A DNA stretch of 58,564 nt, filler included, from Stramenopiles sp. TOSAG23-6 (lineage: Eukaryota), in the NCBI GenBank assembly GCA_900128565.1. It is 2 parts of 2 records of this genome, joined end to end, with 100 filler letters (N's around TTAATTAATTAA, not from the genome) between each part and the next. Parts side by side here need not be neighbours in the genome. Positions count along the whole stretch, not along the records: positions 29,340 to 58,564 come from LT635973.1; 1 more part is not named here. One strand, 5' to 3'. The position numbers and the translations under genes are program-made. Position 1 is the stretch's first letter. Each line of letters starts with the position of its first letter. Shown here piece by piece: positions 46,950 through 58,513 of the stretch. The notes beneath the pieces were generated by a model, which saw only the letters and a list, made by a program, of their open reading frames with translations, did no database searches and was not told the origin of the DNA.

Positions 46950-48197
46950 CGTGTATATCACAACTTTGTCTTTAGGTTCAACTGAAATGTCACATATATT
47001 GTGGAAAAATATTTTTTTTTTTAAATTTATTTTGTTAGGTACGAAATTTTTATAAAAAAATAAATTTAGATAAAAATTGAAAAAAACTAAAACGTACTTC
47101 GCCCAGACGATATATAAAATGAAAATTGACATAAAAAATACGCTGACATAAATATCAAGACATATATTGTTGGAAAATATTTCAAAAATTTGATTGTTTT
47201 GTTAGGTACAAAATTTCCAAAAAAAAAAAAATTCAATATTTGAAATTGTAAAACATGCATGCCAAAGAGCATGTCCATGGATATCAAAGCCAAATAAGCT
47301 CTTCATTTGAGTACAAAGACATCTGTCAAGAATCCAAAAGATGACAGCGAAAATTGCGCAAATCAATGTATTTTTGGTAAATATGTCACATTTGATTTTA
47401 TTTGTTAGGTACAAAATTTTCTATTTAAAAAAAATGTAGGTATAAAACATGTAAAATGGTATCGTACGTGATTTTCTATATAAATTTCCACAGTTTTCTT
47501 CTTCTTTTTTTGATAAACTTTTGTATATCATGCTAGAGGCCAAGGTCACACCAGGTAATGTAATTACTGTAAATATGTGACAGAATATTGGATATTTAAT
47601 ACTAATGATAGGTTGTACACACATCACTGCTGCTATAAAAATATTACTGGTGACGAGACGATGAATACGAGCACTCATCCAGGATGTACATGGATTTCTA
47701 TGTTTCGGACCAAATAGAAATATCATTCCATATAAATTCAGCCAGATTATAGACAATTCGTCAATAATTTGACCTAAAAGTGATAATTGTGCGTGAAAAT
47801 ACATTGAGCCTAAAGCAATGAGTATCATGCACCCAGGTATAAAAGGTGAACTCTTGATAAAGGTTGTGAAACCAAGTTTAAAGACAATAAAAAATGTCAT
47901 CACTGCAGCAAGAAGCATAACTACATTAGTGACAACATTCCAAAATTCAGCTATTTGAGGATGCACATCATAGTTACTTTCACACCAATCAATTGAAGAA
48001 GAGTGTGGCTTAAGAGACCCAGAAATTAACTTTCGACCTTCAGGAGTAAAACAATAAATCAAAGAAGACAGTATTGCAAGTATGCAAACAGCATTGTCAA
48101 TTTTCGCTGTAGCATGCTTCTGAAGGGCAGGGTTTTTTATAGATTTAAATATGTCTAATACAGACGTAGTAGTTTCAAGCATTTTTGATGTACTCAA
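46890..48197 (-). CDS. Alkaline ceramidase (CREST family), 4 exons (48197-47468, 47365-47259, 47161-47098, 46993-46890)
   Basis: SSIDWCESNY, IAEFWN, GSMYFHAQL, QIIDEL, FWILDR, HALWHVL; spliced CDS 1005 nt. Confidence 0.92.
46994..47097 (-). other. Family intron, GT-AT, 104 nt
   Basis: CGAA|GTACGTTTT...TTCGTACCTAAC...TTCCACAATATAT|GT. Confidence 0.85.
47162..47258 (-). other. Family intron, GC-AT, 97 nt
   Basis: TGGCAT|GCATGTTTT...GTACCTAAC...CCAACAATATAT|GTC; restores HALWH-VLIF. Confidence 0.9.
47366..47467 (-). other. Family intron, GT-AT, 102 nt
   Basis: TCAC|GTACGA...TTTTGTACCTAAC...CAAAAATACAT|TG; gives RKS-L-ICAIF. Confidence 0.78.
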
Positions 48198-48486
48198 CTA
48201 ATTAATGGCCAATACCATGAGCAAATGCTTTACCTTTAAATAATATAATATCCATACACACTATAGTACGACGTCGTGTCTAAAAGCATGAATAAGAACA
48301 CAGAACACGCGCGAAAAAATCCAAAAAATAGTGGTCAAATTTATGCCACGTGTCACAAAAATAATGATGACACACGACTTTTTGCCTCAAGTAAGACAAA
48401 AAAACGAAGCGCGAACGATATTCTTCATTCCATAGATTGAACCTTTTGTTTGTGTATTTGTTTATTTTGAATTTATTTATTTTAGA

Positions 48487-48891
48487 ATGTCTTTCTTGCG
48501 GGCTTTTGCAAGGCCTGCGTTTTTTGGTGCCCGTTTCCGGAAAGCAGCACAGCAAACAGTACATCGGCGAAATATGGGAGGCTCTCATGGTCGACCGGGA
48601 GAGTTTGTAGACCCACTACCGCACGCAGTACAACCCTGGCACACATTCTGTGCTGAAGCTACGATGACGACAATGTGGTTCTGGATTCTTTATCGATTTT
48701 ACTGGGACTATAACTTGGTTCTGGGTGTGTATAACCCATTTATTGGTGAAACTGAAGAGATGACATCAGAAGAAGTGGAGGCGTGTATTGTAGAAAAAAG
48801 TAGTGATTCGAATGCTCGAAGATTTTCAGATAGTGTTTTCAGTACAAAGCCACGTCGAAGAGCTACTAGCGAAATGCATTCGAGCGAATAA
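48487..48891 (+). CDS. NDUFB2: Complex I subunit NDUFB2 (AGGG)-like
   Basis: Presequence then MGGSHG; PWHT...MWFWILYRFYWD...VLG. Confidence 0.75.
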   Translation: MSFLRAFARPAFFGARFRKAAQQTVHRRNMGGSHGRPGEFVDPLPHAVQPWHTFCAEATMTTMWFWILYRFYWDYNLVLGVYNPFIGETEEMTSEEVEACIVEKSSDSNARRFSDSVFSTKPRRRATSEMHSSE

Positions 48892-49065
48892 TGAGGAAAT
48901 ATTAGTAGTATTTCAACGTGTTTTCATTGTATTTAAAAATCTAGTTATAGTAAAANTNAANCNTTTTTTNGCNATTTTNANCACGAAATTTTAAGATTTG
49001 ATAGATAAAATAATAAAATCCCGATATGCCAAAAAATCAACCAAATGCAAAATAATTACTTTATT

Positions 49066-50314
49066 TTAATCTGAAACATGTTTACTCTCAAGACGGTATT
49101 GCTCTATACGCTCTGCTGCATCTCTATAGTTGCGAGCTACGTGTGCTTTAATGACCAAACCCTTTGTCAGTTTAACCCAGCGATTGATTATAGATGCTCT
49201 ATATTTCATTTGACTAACCTCAATGCGTTTCTGTTCACGGCACATCCAAGCATCTGTTACTGTTTCAACATCATCTTTTGCAACAATAATACCTCGAATG
49301 GAAGGGTATGCTCTTCCTGCTTTTACTTCAAAACCTACATATTTTGTGAAAAAATATTTCAAAATAAAAAAAATATTTTTATTAGGTACAAAATTTCGTA
49401 TGAAAAAATAAATAAATTAAAAATTGAAAATTGAAAACCTACGACAGCTTCAACATGTTCGATGCCTAATATTGCTGCAACTTGATTAACTCCTTTTAGA
49501 TCTACATGAGCAGATCCAAAAGGCAAATGACCACGTGACCAAAGCTCCCAATTCCCATGCTCATTACGAGGCAATCGACCATTTGATGCAATTGGTGGGG
49601 GTATATACATTTCCGTTTGCCAAATACCGTATGTATTTTGGAAAAATATTTTCAAAAAAAAAATCGTTAGGTACAAAATTTCGTATGAAAAATAAATTCG
49701 ATTTTTTTGTAAAAAAAAAATAAAACATACATAAATGCGCGATTTGAGCCAAACGTTGTATTATTTTGTTCTTTTCTACTTGTTGATTTTTTTTCCGCTT
49801 GAATTTGTAGTTCTAATTCCTGTTCATATAATTCATCTTCCCATTCTTCTCGAGACGTAAACGCATCAACCTGACCCTGCGCTTTCATTGTTGTCTGAGC
49901 TAGTCTTAGGTTATATTTGTTGAGTAACTGAGAATTCAAAGAAGCTCTATTTGATTTATTCTGGTTTGAATTAGGAGAAGAATCACTATTGTGTTGTACT
50001 TGAGGACGTGTATTCGTTACTTTAGGAGTTCCAGGAAAATCCACTGGATCCTTTTTATCATCATCATTAAACGTAATATCTGTTAGGGTTAGGGTAGACG
50101 TACGAAGTCTACCTTTTTTGGTCGTCTGCATTTGGAGATCTATGTTTTTCTCAGAAGCGTCACTGACATTCTTTTCTTGTATTGATTCGATTACTATACC
50201 AGTATCGATACTATCTGATCCATCATCCACATAATATAAACTATCCAAATCCGGCAAATCAAGTCCAGCTTCGTCAACTGAAGCGGAAGAACGAGCTCGG
50301 AAACGACTATCCAT
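49066..50314 (-). CDS. Rad4/XPC C-terminal (BHD3) fragment; 3 exons, possible frameshift
   Basis: YGIWQTE.Y.PP...GRLPRNEHGNWEL...LP.G..H...VA..LGI..VEAVVGFE...YP...GIIV and RWVKLTKGL; N-terminal XPC domains not seen. Confidence 0.75.
49339..49442 (-). other. Family intron, GT-AT, 104 nt, 9-bp direct repeat GTAGGTTTT
   Basis: GTC|GTAGGTTTTC...GTACCTAAT...TTCACAAAATAT|GTAGGTTTTG; gives EAV-VGFEV. Confidence 0.85.
49631..49730 (-). other. Family intron, GT-AT, 100 nt
   Basis: TTAT|GTATGTTTT...CATACGAAATTTTGTACCTAAC...TTCCAAAATACAT|AC; gives L-Y-GIWQT. Confidence 0.8.
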
Positions 50315-50616
50315 ACACAATTAATACTAGATTTACTATTGTAAAGGGATTAAAATTCCGTAGATATAAGTGGTAATCAATTGTAATTGTCAAATAATCT
50401 TCTCAGATACAAATAGAGAAAAATTATATTGATTATAGATGGAAAAAAATATATTAATCGGCGTTAGTAGGCTATAAACAGTAAGGATAGGCTGAGTATA
50501 ATATACCAGAGAGAGGTCTTTCTTTTCCTCTTTTCTTGTTTCTTTGACGATTTATTTGACACCCTAACCCTAAAAATGAAAAAAAAAAAAAAGAGTGAAA
50601 TTCTCGAAATTAATTT

Positions 50617-52495
50617 TTATTTTTCATTTCTACCTCTTGCACGCCCAGCATGTTTGTCCATGTAAGGTTGTACTAGAAGATATCTCCCAAGAGCTCTTTC
50701 AAGCCACACAGCATTATTACCACTATATAATGTGTCATCTTCTTCAGGTTCATTTGCAACTGTATATTTTGACTTGATTTCGTGTTTATTAATATTTGTT
50801 TGTTCAAGTTGATTGGCTTCAGAATTAATATAATTCTGTATATAACCAAAAGGATCACTAGAAAATCTACGTATTCGATTTCGTTGTTCTTGTGCCTTTA
50901 GCATTGCGCTTGCAGCTTCTTCCATTTCTTGCAACACAACTTCTGCATTGGACCAACGTTTTTCCTCTTCTTCTTTCAAAGATTTTGCTTTCATTTCCAG
51001 TAAATCGTTAAACATTTTAACACTTAGTCTCGACCATTCAAAAGATTTTCCATTTGTCATTGTAATTTTTTTATTCATAAGATTGCTCGATTCATGTGTG
51101 GACTCGTTGTGCTGCGTCATCTGGTTGTCACTATATTTATGCTGCTGTGCATTATCTTGAGTATGTGTTCCGAAGTGATCATCGTCACCAGTAGCCAAGT
51201 TATCAACTGTCTTGATAGTATTCATCAATGCCTTTTTGCATTTCTTTACAAAATTAACTATATCTTCTTCTTTAGCCTTGGCAATAGCATCGTTATTTGT
51301 CCATGCCTCGAAAATCATTGGAACTTCATCATCAGATTTTTCTCCAAATTCATTTTCAGTTGGTTTTTCCCTAGGTGTACCGGGTAACACAACTGGTACA
51401 TCGTATAATTTCATACGTTTCTGAGAATCTGAATTAGCTTTAACATTTACACGATATTTAATTGTCACAGGAGGAAGTGGACCAAGATGATTTTCAAGTT
51501 TTTGAACTAATTCATCAATCGCTATGCTTGATATATTTTCTCTGCCACCACCAAAAATTTCTTTTAAATTTTCATCCAAAATGATCATTTGATACTTTTT
51601 TTTATCTGTTAGCTTATTTACGGATATATACTCCAAAAGTAATCGTAATACACCAGCTCGAGTCTCATTTTGAACTTGAAGAATTCGTGACAACGTAGGG
51701 GAAAGTCGGACTCTCGTTGGATTGTTTTTTAGAAATAATGATATTTCTACGTTAACGTCTTGAGTTCATGTTAGAAAAAAAAATATGTTTTAGACTTTGA
51801 AAATTGTTAGGTACAAAAATTGGTACTAAAAAAAAACTGAANTGAAATGAAAACGTACCGGCTCGTTTCACTTCAAAACCATCAGTGTCTTCATGTACTG
51901 CATCTCTATTCCATTCGAGTAAGTTATTCATCCAATAGTTTTCATCTTGAGTTGACATAGACGTTTTTGATTTGTCTCTGCAATCTTGTGAGTTTTCTTT
52001 TTCATGGTTGTCGAACCTCGCATGTGAGAGCGTTGTGTTGGCGACATTCAAACGTTTCTGGTATAGCTTGCCCTCTGGATCTATACATACTACTACCTTT
52101 CGAAAAAACGAAGAAAATTTTGGTGGTCGTTGACCGTCGTCTTCGATAGCATCGTTCACTTCAGCTCCTAAAATTTCACCCTCAATACGAAGAGTCCACG
52201 AAGGAGGGTGACTACCATTGGGTAACTTGTGATCAAAGCGATATACGCGCGCATCCTTTACAACGCTTGCTTGTTCATCGGGGGTGTTTATCACACGGAT
52301 ACGCAATGTTTGTATATTCTGCTTGTTCTCACCTTGAATTACTTTAATAGCTGCTTCTTGTGAATCACGAATATGCGAATCTAATGTACGTTCTAATAAA
52401 AACAAAGAGCGTCCTAACTTTGATGCGCGCAACACACTACATTTTTCCATGACTTTACTACCTTGGTATTTCCTCTTATTGCGTCTGAGACTCAT
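50617..52495 (-). CDS. SWI/SNF subunit BAF60/SMARCD (SWIB domain); exons 52495-51859, 51767-50617
   Basis: SWTLRIEG, KFSSFFRK, LEWNR, DGFEVKRAG, RLSPTL...YI..NKL, FSSDPFGYI; spliced CDS 1788 nt. Confidence 0.9.
51768..51858 (-). other. Family intron, GT-AT, 91 nt
   Basis: GCCG|GTACGTTTTCA...TTTTGTACCTAAC...TTCTAACAT|GA; gives KRA-G-TQDV. Confidence 0.85.
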
Positions 52496-52806
52496 TATGA
52501 TAACAGTCTCTCAATTGATGAAAAATAATTATTTCTGTTTTTTTTTTACTCTCTCTTGAGATAGTCTGTCTCTGACAATATTGACCGCTCTCGCTCTCGA
52601 GAGAGAAGCGCGAGCTCTTGTACTTAGGGTTAGGGCTTCATTCGTACTACATACAAGAAGTATAATTAATAATAATAGATCGATAATAAGATCAAAATTA
52701 TTTCTCTTGACATTGTTTACATTCACGCTTTTACATTGGTAGCACATATACTAGTATTAAAATACGACTAATCTACATTACAATTGTAAATTAATTCTAA
52801 AATCAA

Positions 52807-53457
52807 ATGGAAGCACAAACAAAAGTACCTTCTTCGGCTTTGGAGGCATCCAAGTATTACTACGCTCATCATACTGGCAGTGCCAACAGGGAAGCACCAG
52901 CCCCCGAAGCTCCGCCACAACGGATAAACGATGCATGCGAAGTTGCAGAAGTGGATACTTCAATATCGCAGTCTAAATGGAATGCTAATTCATATCACTG
53001 GGAAGAACGCAATTACTCAAAGTGGTTTGGTGAAGAGCTACGCAAAGCGGTATTTGCACAAAAAGTCAACGTTAAAAAAGGCAGCGTGACATTTACAAGT
53101 CTAAAAGTTGCGGGCGAGGCATACTCAAATGTTCGTAAGGGTAAGAAAATTGTTGGTTATGACTTACAGTTTGAGGTGTACTGGTCGTGTATCCTACAAG
53201 ATCGGACCGGTGGCACAACCGAAGCAAGAGGGACGTTTCTAATTGAAGGTGTTTCTGAAGATAACACCCCAGAAGAATATACAGTATCCAAAGCCAAACT
53301 GGAAAAGGCTACTCCACCACGAGCTGGAATGACTACTATAGAACTAGACAGAATGATACGAACGAGAAAAATTGCATGCAAGTATATTGACAAAACTGCA
53401 AAATCTGTATTTTTGACTCATCTTGCGTCAACGATAAAAAGTTTATATGAAAAGTGA
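52807..53457 (+). CDS. Aha1 N-terminal domain (Hch1-like Hsp90 co-chaperone) protein
   Basis: WNANSYHWEERN, GEAYSNVRKGKKIVGYDL. Confidence 0.85.
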   Translation: MEAQTKVPSSALEASKYYYAHHTGSANREAPAPEAPPQRINDACEVAEVDTSISQSKWNANSYHWEERNYSKWFGEELRKAVFAQKVNVKKGSVTFTSLKVAGEAYSNVRKGKKIVGYDLQFEVYWSCILQDRTGGTTEARGTFLIEGVSEDNTPEEYTVSKAKLEKATPPRAGMTTIELDRMIRTRKIACKYIDKTAKSVFLTHLASTIKSLYEK

Positions 53458-53577
53458 TTATTTTGTTTACCGAGTTTTACTATTTTGTCCGACACTCTTT
53501 TGATGTAATACAATTACTAAAAAGATACCAACAAATAAATATAATGTTTTTTTTATATATAGCTACAGTGAAATTTT

Positions 53578-53868
53578 CTAAGTCACTGTTTTCTTCAAAT
53601 TAGCAATTAACTTTTCTTTCTCTTTAATAGCGTATTCCAGTTCCCGGCAGTGTACCGTTTTTGCTTGACTGAAATCTAACCCAGTTCCAATAACTCCACC
53701 AATCACAAATGGCCAATACGATTTCCTATGTATTGAGAAAGGCATACCTAATAAAATACCTGCAGTGCATAACTTCCATTCTGAAAAGAGACATTTTCCG
53801 TAATCTTGTTGTAACACACCAGCTTCTTCCTCAGCCTTCTGAAGAGCAGATTGTACATCCGTACCCAT
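53578..53868 (-). CDS. Small membrane protein, unknown function
   Basis: ~96 aa with two hydrophobic segments (AGILLGMPFS; PFVIGGVIGTGLD). Confidence 0.6.
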   Translation of the reverse strand: MGTDVQSALQKAEEEAGVLQQDYGKCLFSEWKLCTAGILLGMPFSIHRKSYWPFVIGGVIGTGLDFSQAKTVHCRELEYAIKEKEKLIANLKKTVT

Positions 53869-54218
53869 TTCAACTTTTCCCACAAAGTAATTCTACGATA
53901 CAGCGTAAATATCGAGAGCAGCAATATATGTCACACTTATAGAACCTGTATTTCGGTATTCTGCGATAGGCTATTTTAGCTACACCCTCTACTACCAGTT
54001 GTAGAATTATATCAGTCAGTAGACATCGTGGTTTCTGTTGTGACTGACGCGAATCTCAAGTTTTCAAAATCCGCACTGAAAAATATCAGATTTTGAGATT
54101 TTGAGATTCTAAAATCTGCGAGAGCGACAACTAACCTTCACTACTCTGCCATTGAAAAGTACTTGGAATCTTCTGCAATAATTGTACAATGTTTTAAAAT
54201 TAGTGTAATACAACCGCT

Positions 54219-55355
54219 ATGTATTCCTATTTTTCCCTTTTGAAGGATACACTTTATTCCTTGAATAACGAAAAACCAACACAGACTCAGGCTGATGATT
54301 TTCTGTTGCAATATGAAACAGAATACGGAGAAAGACATCCAAATTTTCAGTGTTGCTCATATCGCGAAGCTGTATCGAGAGCAAGGCGAGCGTCAAAATT
54401 TCTTCTAGTATATTTTCATTCTCCTCACCATAATGAAACTTCACGGTTCTGCAAATATGTTTTGGGTAGTTCTATGGTAGTTGAATATTTAAATTCAAGT
54501 GTTCTTATGTGGGCAGGAAACGTTGAATCTTCTGATGGCTATCGCACTGCTGTGAGTATGGATGTTACTTCATATCCATCATTAGTCTTGGTTGCATCAA
54601 CAAGTGCTACAGGTACTGGTATAGCTGAGCGCATTATGAATGGCCTGAGTGATTTAGTTAATGTTTCTTCACCGACAGAGCAAGAATTACCCACACTACT
54701 TTGTCGGCGTATTACTGGAGCAATTAACAACAGACAACGCATTCTTGATGTTGCTAGACGAGAAATGGAAGCACGTAACTTTGAACGTAATCTACGATCA
54801 GAACAGGACCTCGCCTTTCAAGCTTCTCTAGAGGCTGATCGTCTCAAAGCAAAAGAAGTGATCGAAAGTCGCAAACGTGCCGACTCTGAAGCCGAGGCTG
54901 AAGATTTAAGACAATCCATCGAGTTATCGAAGACGTTAGCCGCCGAAAGCGTTCTATTTGAGAAAAGGAAAAGGGTCGAAGAAGTTTTTTCGTCCCGTCT
55001 TATCAAAACGTCTTCGGTAGGAGGACTACGGCAAAGAAGAGTGGGTGACCCTAACCCTAATATAGAAGCAAAATGTAATAAGGATACGCAAGATATTGTC
55101 TTTAGACTACCATCCGGATTTCGATTGAACCAATCATTTAGAACGGACGATTCCTTTGGCTTATTGCGCGACTTTCTAGACGTCGCTTTTGTAGATCAAG
55201 GAATTACAATAAAGAATTATTCTATAAATACAAATTTCCCAAAAAAAACTTGGACATCACAGAGCACTCCGAATGAAAAGACCTTAGAAGAGGCTGGACT
55301 TATTAATAGATCAGGGGGAGGTGTTGCAGTGTTTGTGCATGACCTTGATGCATAG
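54219..55355 (+). CDS. UAS + UBX domain protein (FAF2/Ubx3-like)
   Basis: YGERHPNF...KFLLVYFHS..H...FC; LRSEQDLAFQASLEAD; FRLPSG...TNFPKK..TLEEAGL. Confidence 0.88.
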   Translation: MYSYFSLLKDTLYSLNNEKPTQTQADDFLLQYETEYGERHPNFQCCSYREAVSRARRASKFLLVYFHSPHHNETSRFCKYVLGSSMVVEYLNSSVLMWAGNVESSDGYRTAVSMDVTSYPSLVLVASTSATGTGIAERIMNGLSDLVNVSSPTEQELPTLLCRRITGAINNRQRILDVARREMEARNFERNLRSEQDLAFQASLEADRLKAKEVIESRKRADSEAEAEDLRQSIELSKTLAAESVLFEKRKRVEEVFSSRLIKTSSVGGLRQRRVGDPNPNIEAKCNKDTQDIVFRLPSGFRLNQSFRTDDSFGLLRDFLDVAFVDQGITIKNYSINTNFPKKTWTSQSTPNEKTLEEAGLINRSGGGVAVFVHDLDA

Positions 55356-55565
55356 TTTCATTGTTAGGATATAACGTTCATACACTTTGGTATCTATCAA
55401 ATACTTTTGAAATTTCATTGCTATTGACAATTGTGTGTATAATTATATGGTAACCAATACATATTTAAAAACAGTGTAGTATTTTGCATTATTATTTAAT
55501 AATAAAAATGACAGTAAATGTTTTACTTTAAATCTTCTATGTGTTACTATCAGTCTATATGTATC

Positions 55566-56917
55566 TTATTTACATCCTGGATCCACCCCAATAGCAACAG
55601 TTACAATACCAATAAAAGTTCCAACTAGAGAAGCAAGAGCTACATGTATTATGAAAAAATATTTTTTTTGTAAAATTTGTTAGGTACAAAATTGCGTACG
55701 AAAAAAAAACATAAATTCAAAATTGAAAAAAAAACATACATATTTTGTCGTATTTTGTAAGGTAGAAGTGACAGTTTCATCTTTCTCATCTTCTTTATTT
55801 TTTGAAGCTTGGTATGCTAATTGTGTATTGTTTAAACATGTACGAAGGAGTGTAGCATATTCTATTTCCAACATCTCATCAGTGCAACTACGATCTGTTA
55901 CGTATATTGTGAAAAAATATTTCTTTTTGTAAAATTTGTTAGGTACGAAATTCCGTAGAAAAAAAAAATAAATTCGAAATTGAAAAAAATTAAACATACA
56001 TTTTGAGAACTTAACAAAAGGTGGGAAATCCAATTATGAAAATCGTCTACTGTAGTCACTCTATCTCCAAATTCATCAACTCGCGAAAGAAAATCTTCAG
56101 CAACTTGCTTTTCATCTATTTTTTGTGTGATTAAGCCTAGCTCTTGGACAAATCGACGAACGTCAGAAGTGGCGACTGCAGCATTTTTTTCTTTGGCCCA
56201 AGAGAAACGAGAATAAAATAATTCGGACACCATTTTTTTGCACTCAGGAGGGAGGACAATAACACCAAAAATAGAACTGAGTTTTGTTGCCAGTACTTCG
56301 TCCGACCATTTACGAACTTTTATCATATCACAAATTGTAGAAGTGAACAATTCACAACTTATCGTGCTGGTTTTAAATAATTTCTCGCCTTCAAATAGAC
56401 TTTCTGTTACAGCATTAGCAATATCAACTGGAATGAGATCTTTTTCATGTTTTTTACTTTTGGACAAAACACGAGCATATACGCGATTGATAGCATTTAC
56501 CCTGTCAATTGTATAATTTTCATCCACTTCAATTGAAGACGTTTTACCATTAATATCAGTAGTTGTTGTTTCACTCTCAACTGTAGTATTTGTAGTCGTC
56601 ACAATAGCATCTTTATTCTCTGTTTCTCCTCTTTTTGAGTATGCAACTTCTTCTAAATCCGCGAAAAAGGGAAGTTTCCGCAAAAACCTTTCACCCCAAA
56701 TAGGATCTTTGCTCCGTTTATAAGTTACAAAACTGGCCCAAGTAAGAGGAATGAGAACAGCTCCACTTACAAGTCTAATGTTTTCCCATTTATGAGATTC
56801 TAGCGGTGGAGGAGGTGGTGGAGGTGTCCGTTTGGAAATGCTTCTTATACAGCTAGGAAACTTATATTGCGTCAGTTGGGCACGATTGTATACTTGACGA
56901 ATACCAAGGTGAAACAT
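55566..56917 (-). CDS. Hypothetical, probably mitochondrial membrane protein; exons 56917-56000, 55901-55740, 55643-55566
   Basis: Presequence-like start, TM segment, C-terminal TM in last exon; spliced CDS 1158 nt. Confidence 0.7.
55644..55739 (-). other. Family intron, GT-AT, 96 nt
   Basis: TAT|GTATGTTTT...CGTACGCAATTTTGTACCTAAC...TTCATAATACAT|GTA. Confidence 0.85.
55902..55999 (-). other. Family intron, GT-AC, 98 nt
   Basis: AAT|GTATGTTT...TTCGTACCTAAC...TTCACAATATAC|GTA. Confidence 0.82.
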
Positions 56918-57122
56918 ACTTTTCTCAATCCAGCAAGCTAAGCGGGTAAAAGTGTCTTGCCTTCAGGACTCTGGCCACAGTTTTAGTGTGCACGCGTGGC
57001 ACGTGTCAATGTCATAAATTGTCACTCTATGATCAGGTAGATTTCGCCAAAATAACATCACTTAATTGTCATTTGTAGCTCATTAGTTAATTAAAATAGT
57101 AACAAAAAAACAGAATCTAACA

Positions 57123-58249
57123 ATGATGCTCTTTTTATGCTTTCTTTTCTCTACTATATTAATAAATCCTTGTCAATGTTCTAGGCTAGATATTGCTTTT
57201 GACCTTGATAAATGTCTTTTTACAACCGAATATTTTGATAATGGTATTGAAGCTGCTGTGGCACTGACAGAGATGAAAGATATAGGATATGAAGTATTCG
57301 GTCCAACGAAGTTTACAGAACCGGAACGTAGTCAAATTGTTAGAACTATGGGAATCGGGGCATTTTATTCGATTACAATCTTTCGACCATATTTATTCAA
57401 ATTCTTACAGAATTTGAGTAGAGATAAAGACATTCACCTTCACATCTTTACCTCAACCTTTGACCAGGGTTTCCCTTTGCCTATAATAGAAAGAATCAAA
57501 GAAAAAACCGGTGTTTCATTTGAATTATTTTACGTCACTAGTTATACACAGAAGGATTTGAAAATTCTCGTACAGCAAATTCCTGGTGCAAGTTTGAAAC
57601 GATTTTTATTGGTAGACGACAATGTGCAATCCTTCAAAAATAGTCAATTATCAAATGGGATCCGTATCCCTGTATTTGAGCCAGGCCGAAACACACCAGA
57701 TCCATTTCAACATGATACAACATTAATAAAGGTATTAATGAAAATATTTAATCTCTCAAAGTTTAACGACGTTCGTTCAAAAAAAGGTACTCTACAATAT
57801 GTTATAAACCAGTATATGTATGTTTTCATCATTAGGGTTAGGGTTAGTATATTTGTTTTTGTACCAATTTTCTTACCTAACAAATTTGGAATTTTAAAAA
57901 TATTTTTTCACAATATATTTTGGCTTTTCAAACATTTCTCGAAAAACATGGGTCACAGTATACGAATAGACTACGTGAATTGAATGTACCACCTAAAAAA
58001 GCGATGAAGCATGTAGACTTCATCAAAGGTAAAGTGAGTCAAAGTTGGTTTGGCGTCAAATGTCAAAATATTCTCGACCAAAAAAATTACAACACGAAAA
58101 ACATGAAAATAAAGAGTGAAGAAGCAAAAAGCTCAAAAGAAATTTGCCAACTCCATCTTCAGAAATCGTTTTTTTTTGGGTCAAGTTTCTGTGTATGGTG
58201 TGAGAAGACTCAAAGTTGTGTGACAAATGATAGAGAGTGCCGTGTGTAG
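57123..58249 (+). CDS. FCP1/NIF-like HAD phosphatase with signal peptide; exons 57123-57817, 57919-58249
   Basis: IAFDLDKCL, RPYLFKFL, IFTS, KDL, LLVDDN, NGIRIPVF, DTTL; spliced CDS 1026 nt. Confidence 0.8.
57818..57918 (+). other. Family intron, GT-AT, 101 nt, containing TTAGGG repeats
   Basis: TATAT|GTATGTTTTCA...TTAGGGTTAGGGTTAG...TTACCTAAC...TTCACAATATAT|T; joins two ORFs in frame. Confidence 0.85.
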
Positions 58250-58256
58250 TGCTGTG

Positions 58257-58333
58257 CGTATCTTTGGATTCCGTACCATTTTTTTGTACTTATTTTTTTG
58301 GTATGAAAAAATCGTACGGAATCCAAAGATACG
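58257..58333. repeat. Inverted repeat/hairpin, 33-bp arms (outer 20 bp perfect)
   Basis: CGTATCTTTGGATTCCGTAC at 58257-58276 pairs with GTACGGAATCCAAAGATACG at 58314-58333. Confidence 0.9.
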
Positions 58334-58513
58334 TAGAACACTGGCCGTGTGCGTGATTGAGCATATTATCCAGTAAACATTAACTCAATAAAAGTGCACA
58401 CGAAAAATACTTCAAACAAAAAGTTGAATCAAATTTATTTTTTTCGCTATTTTTTTTAAAAAAGAATTACAAAACGATCAGTGTTTTAAAATAAATCATT
58501 ACAACGATTGAAA

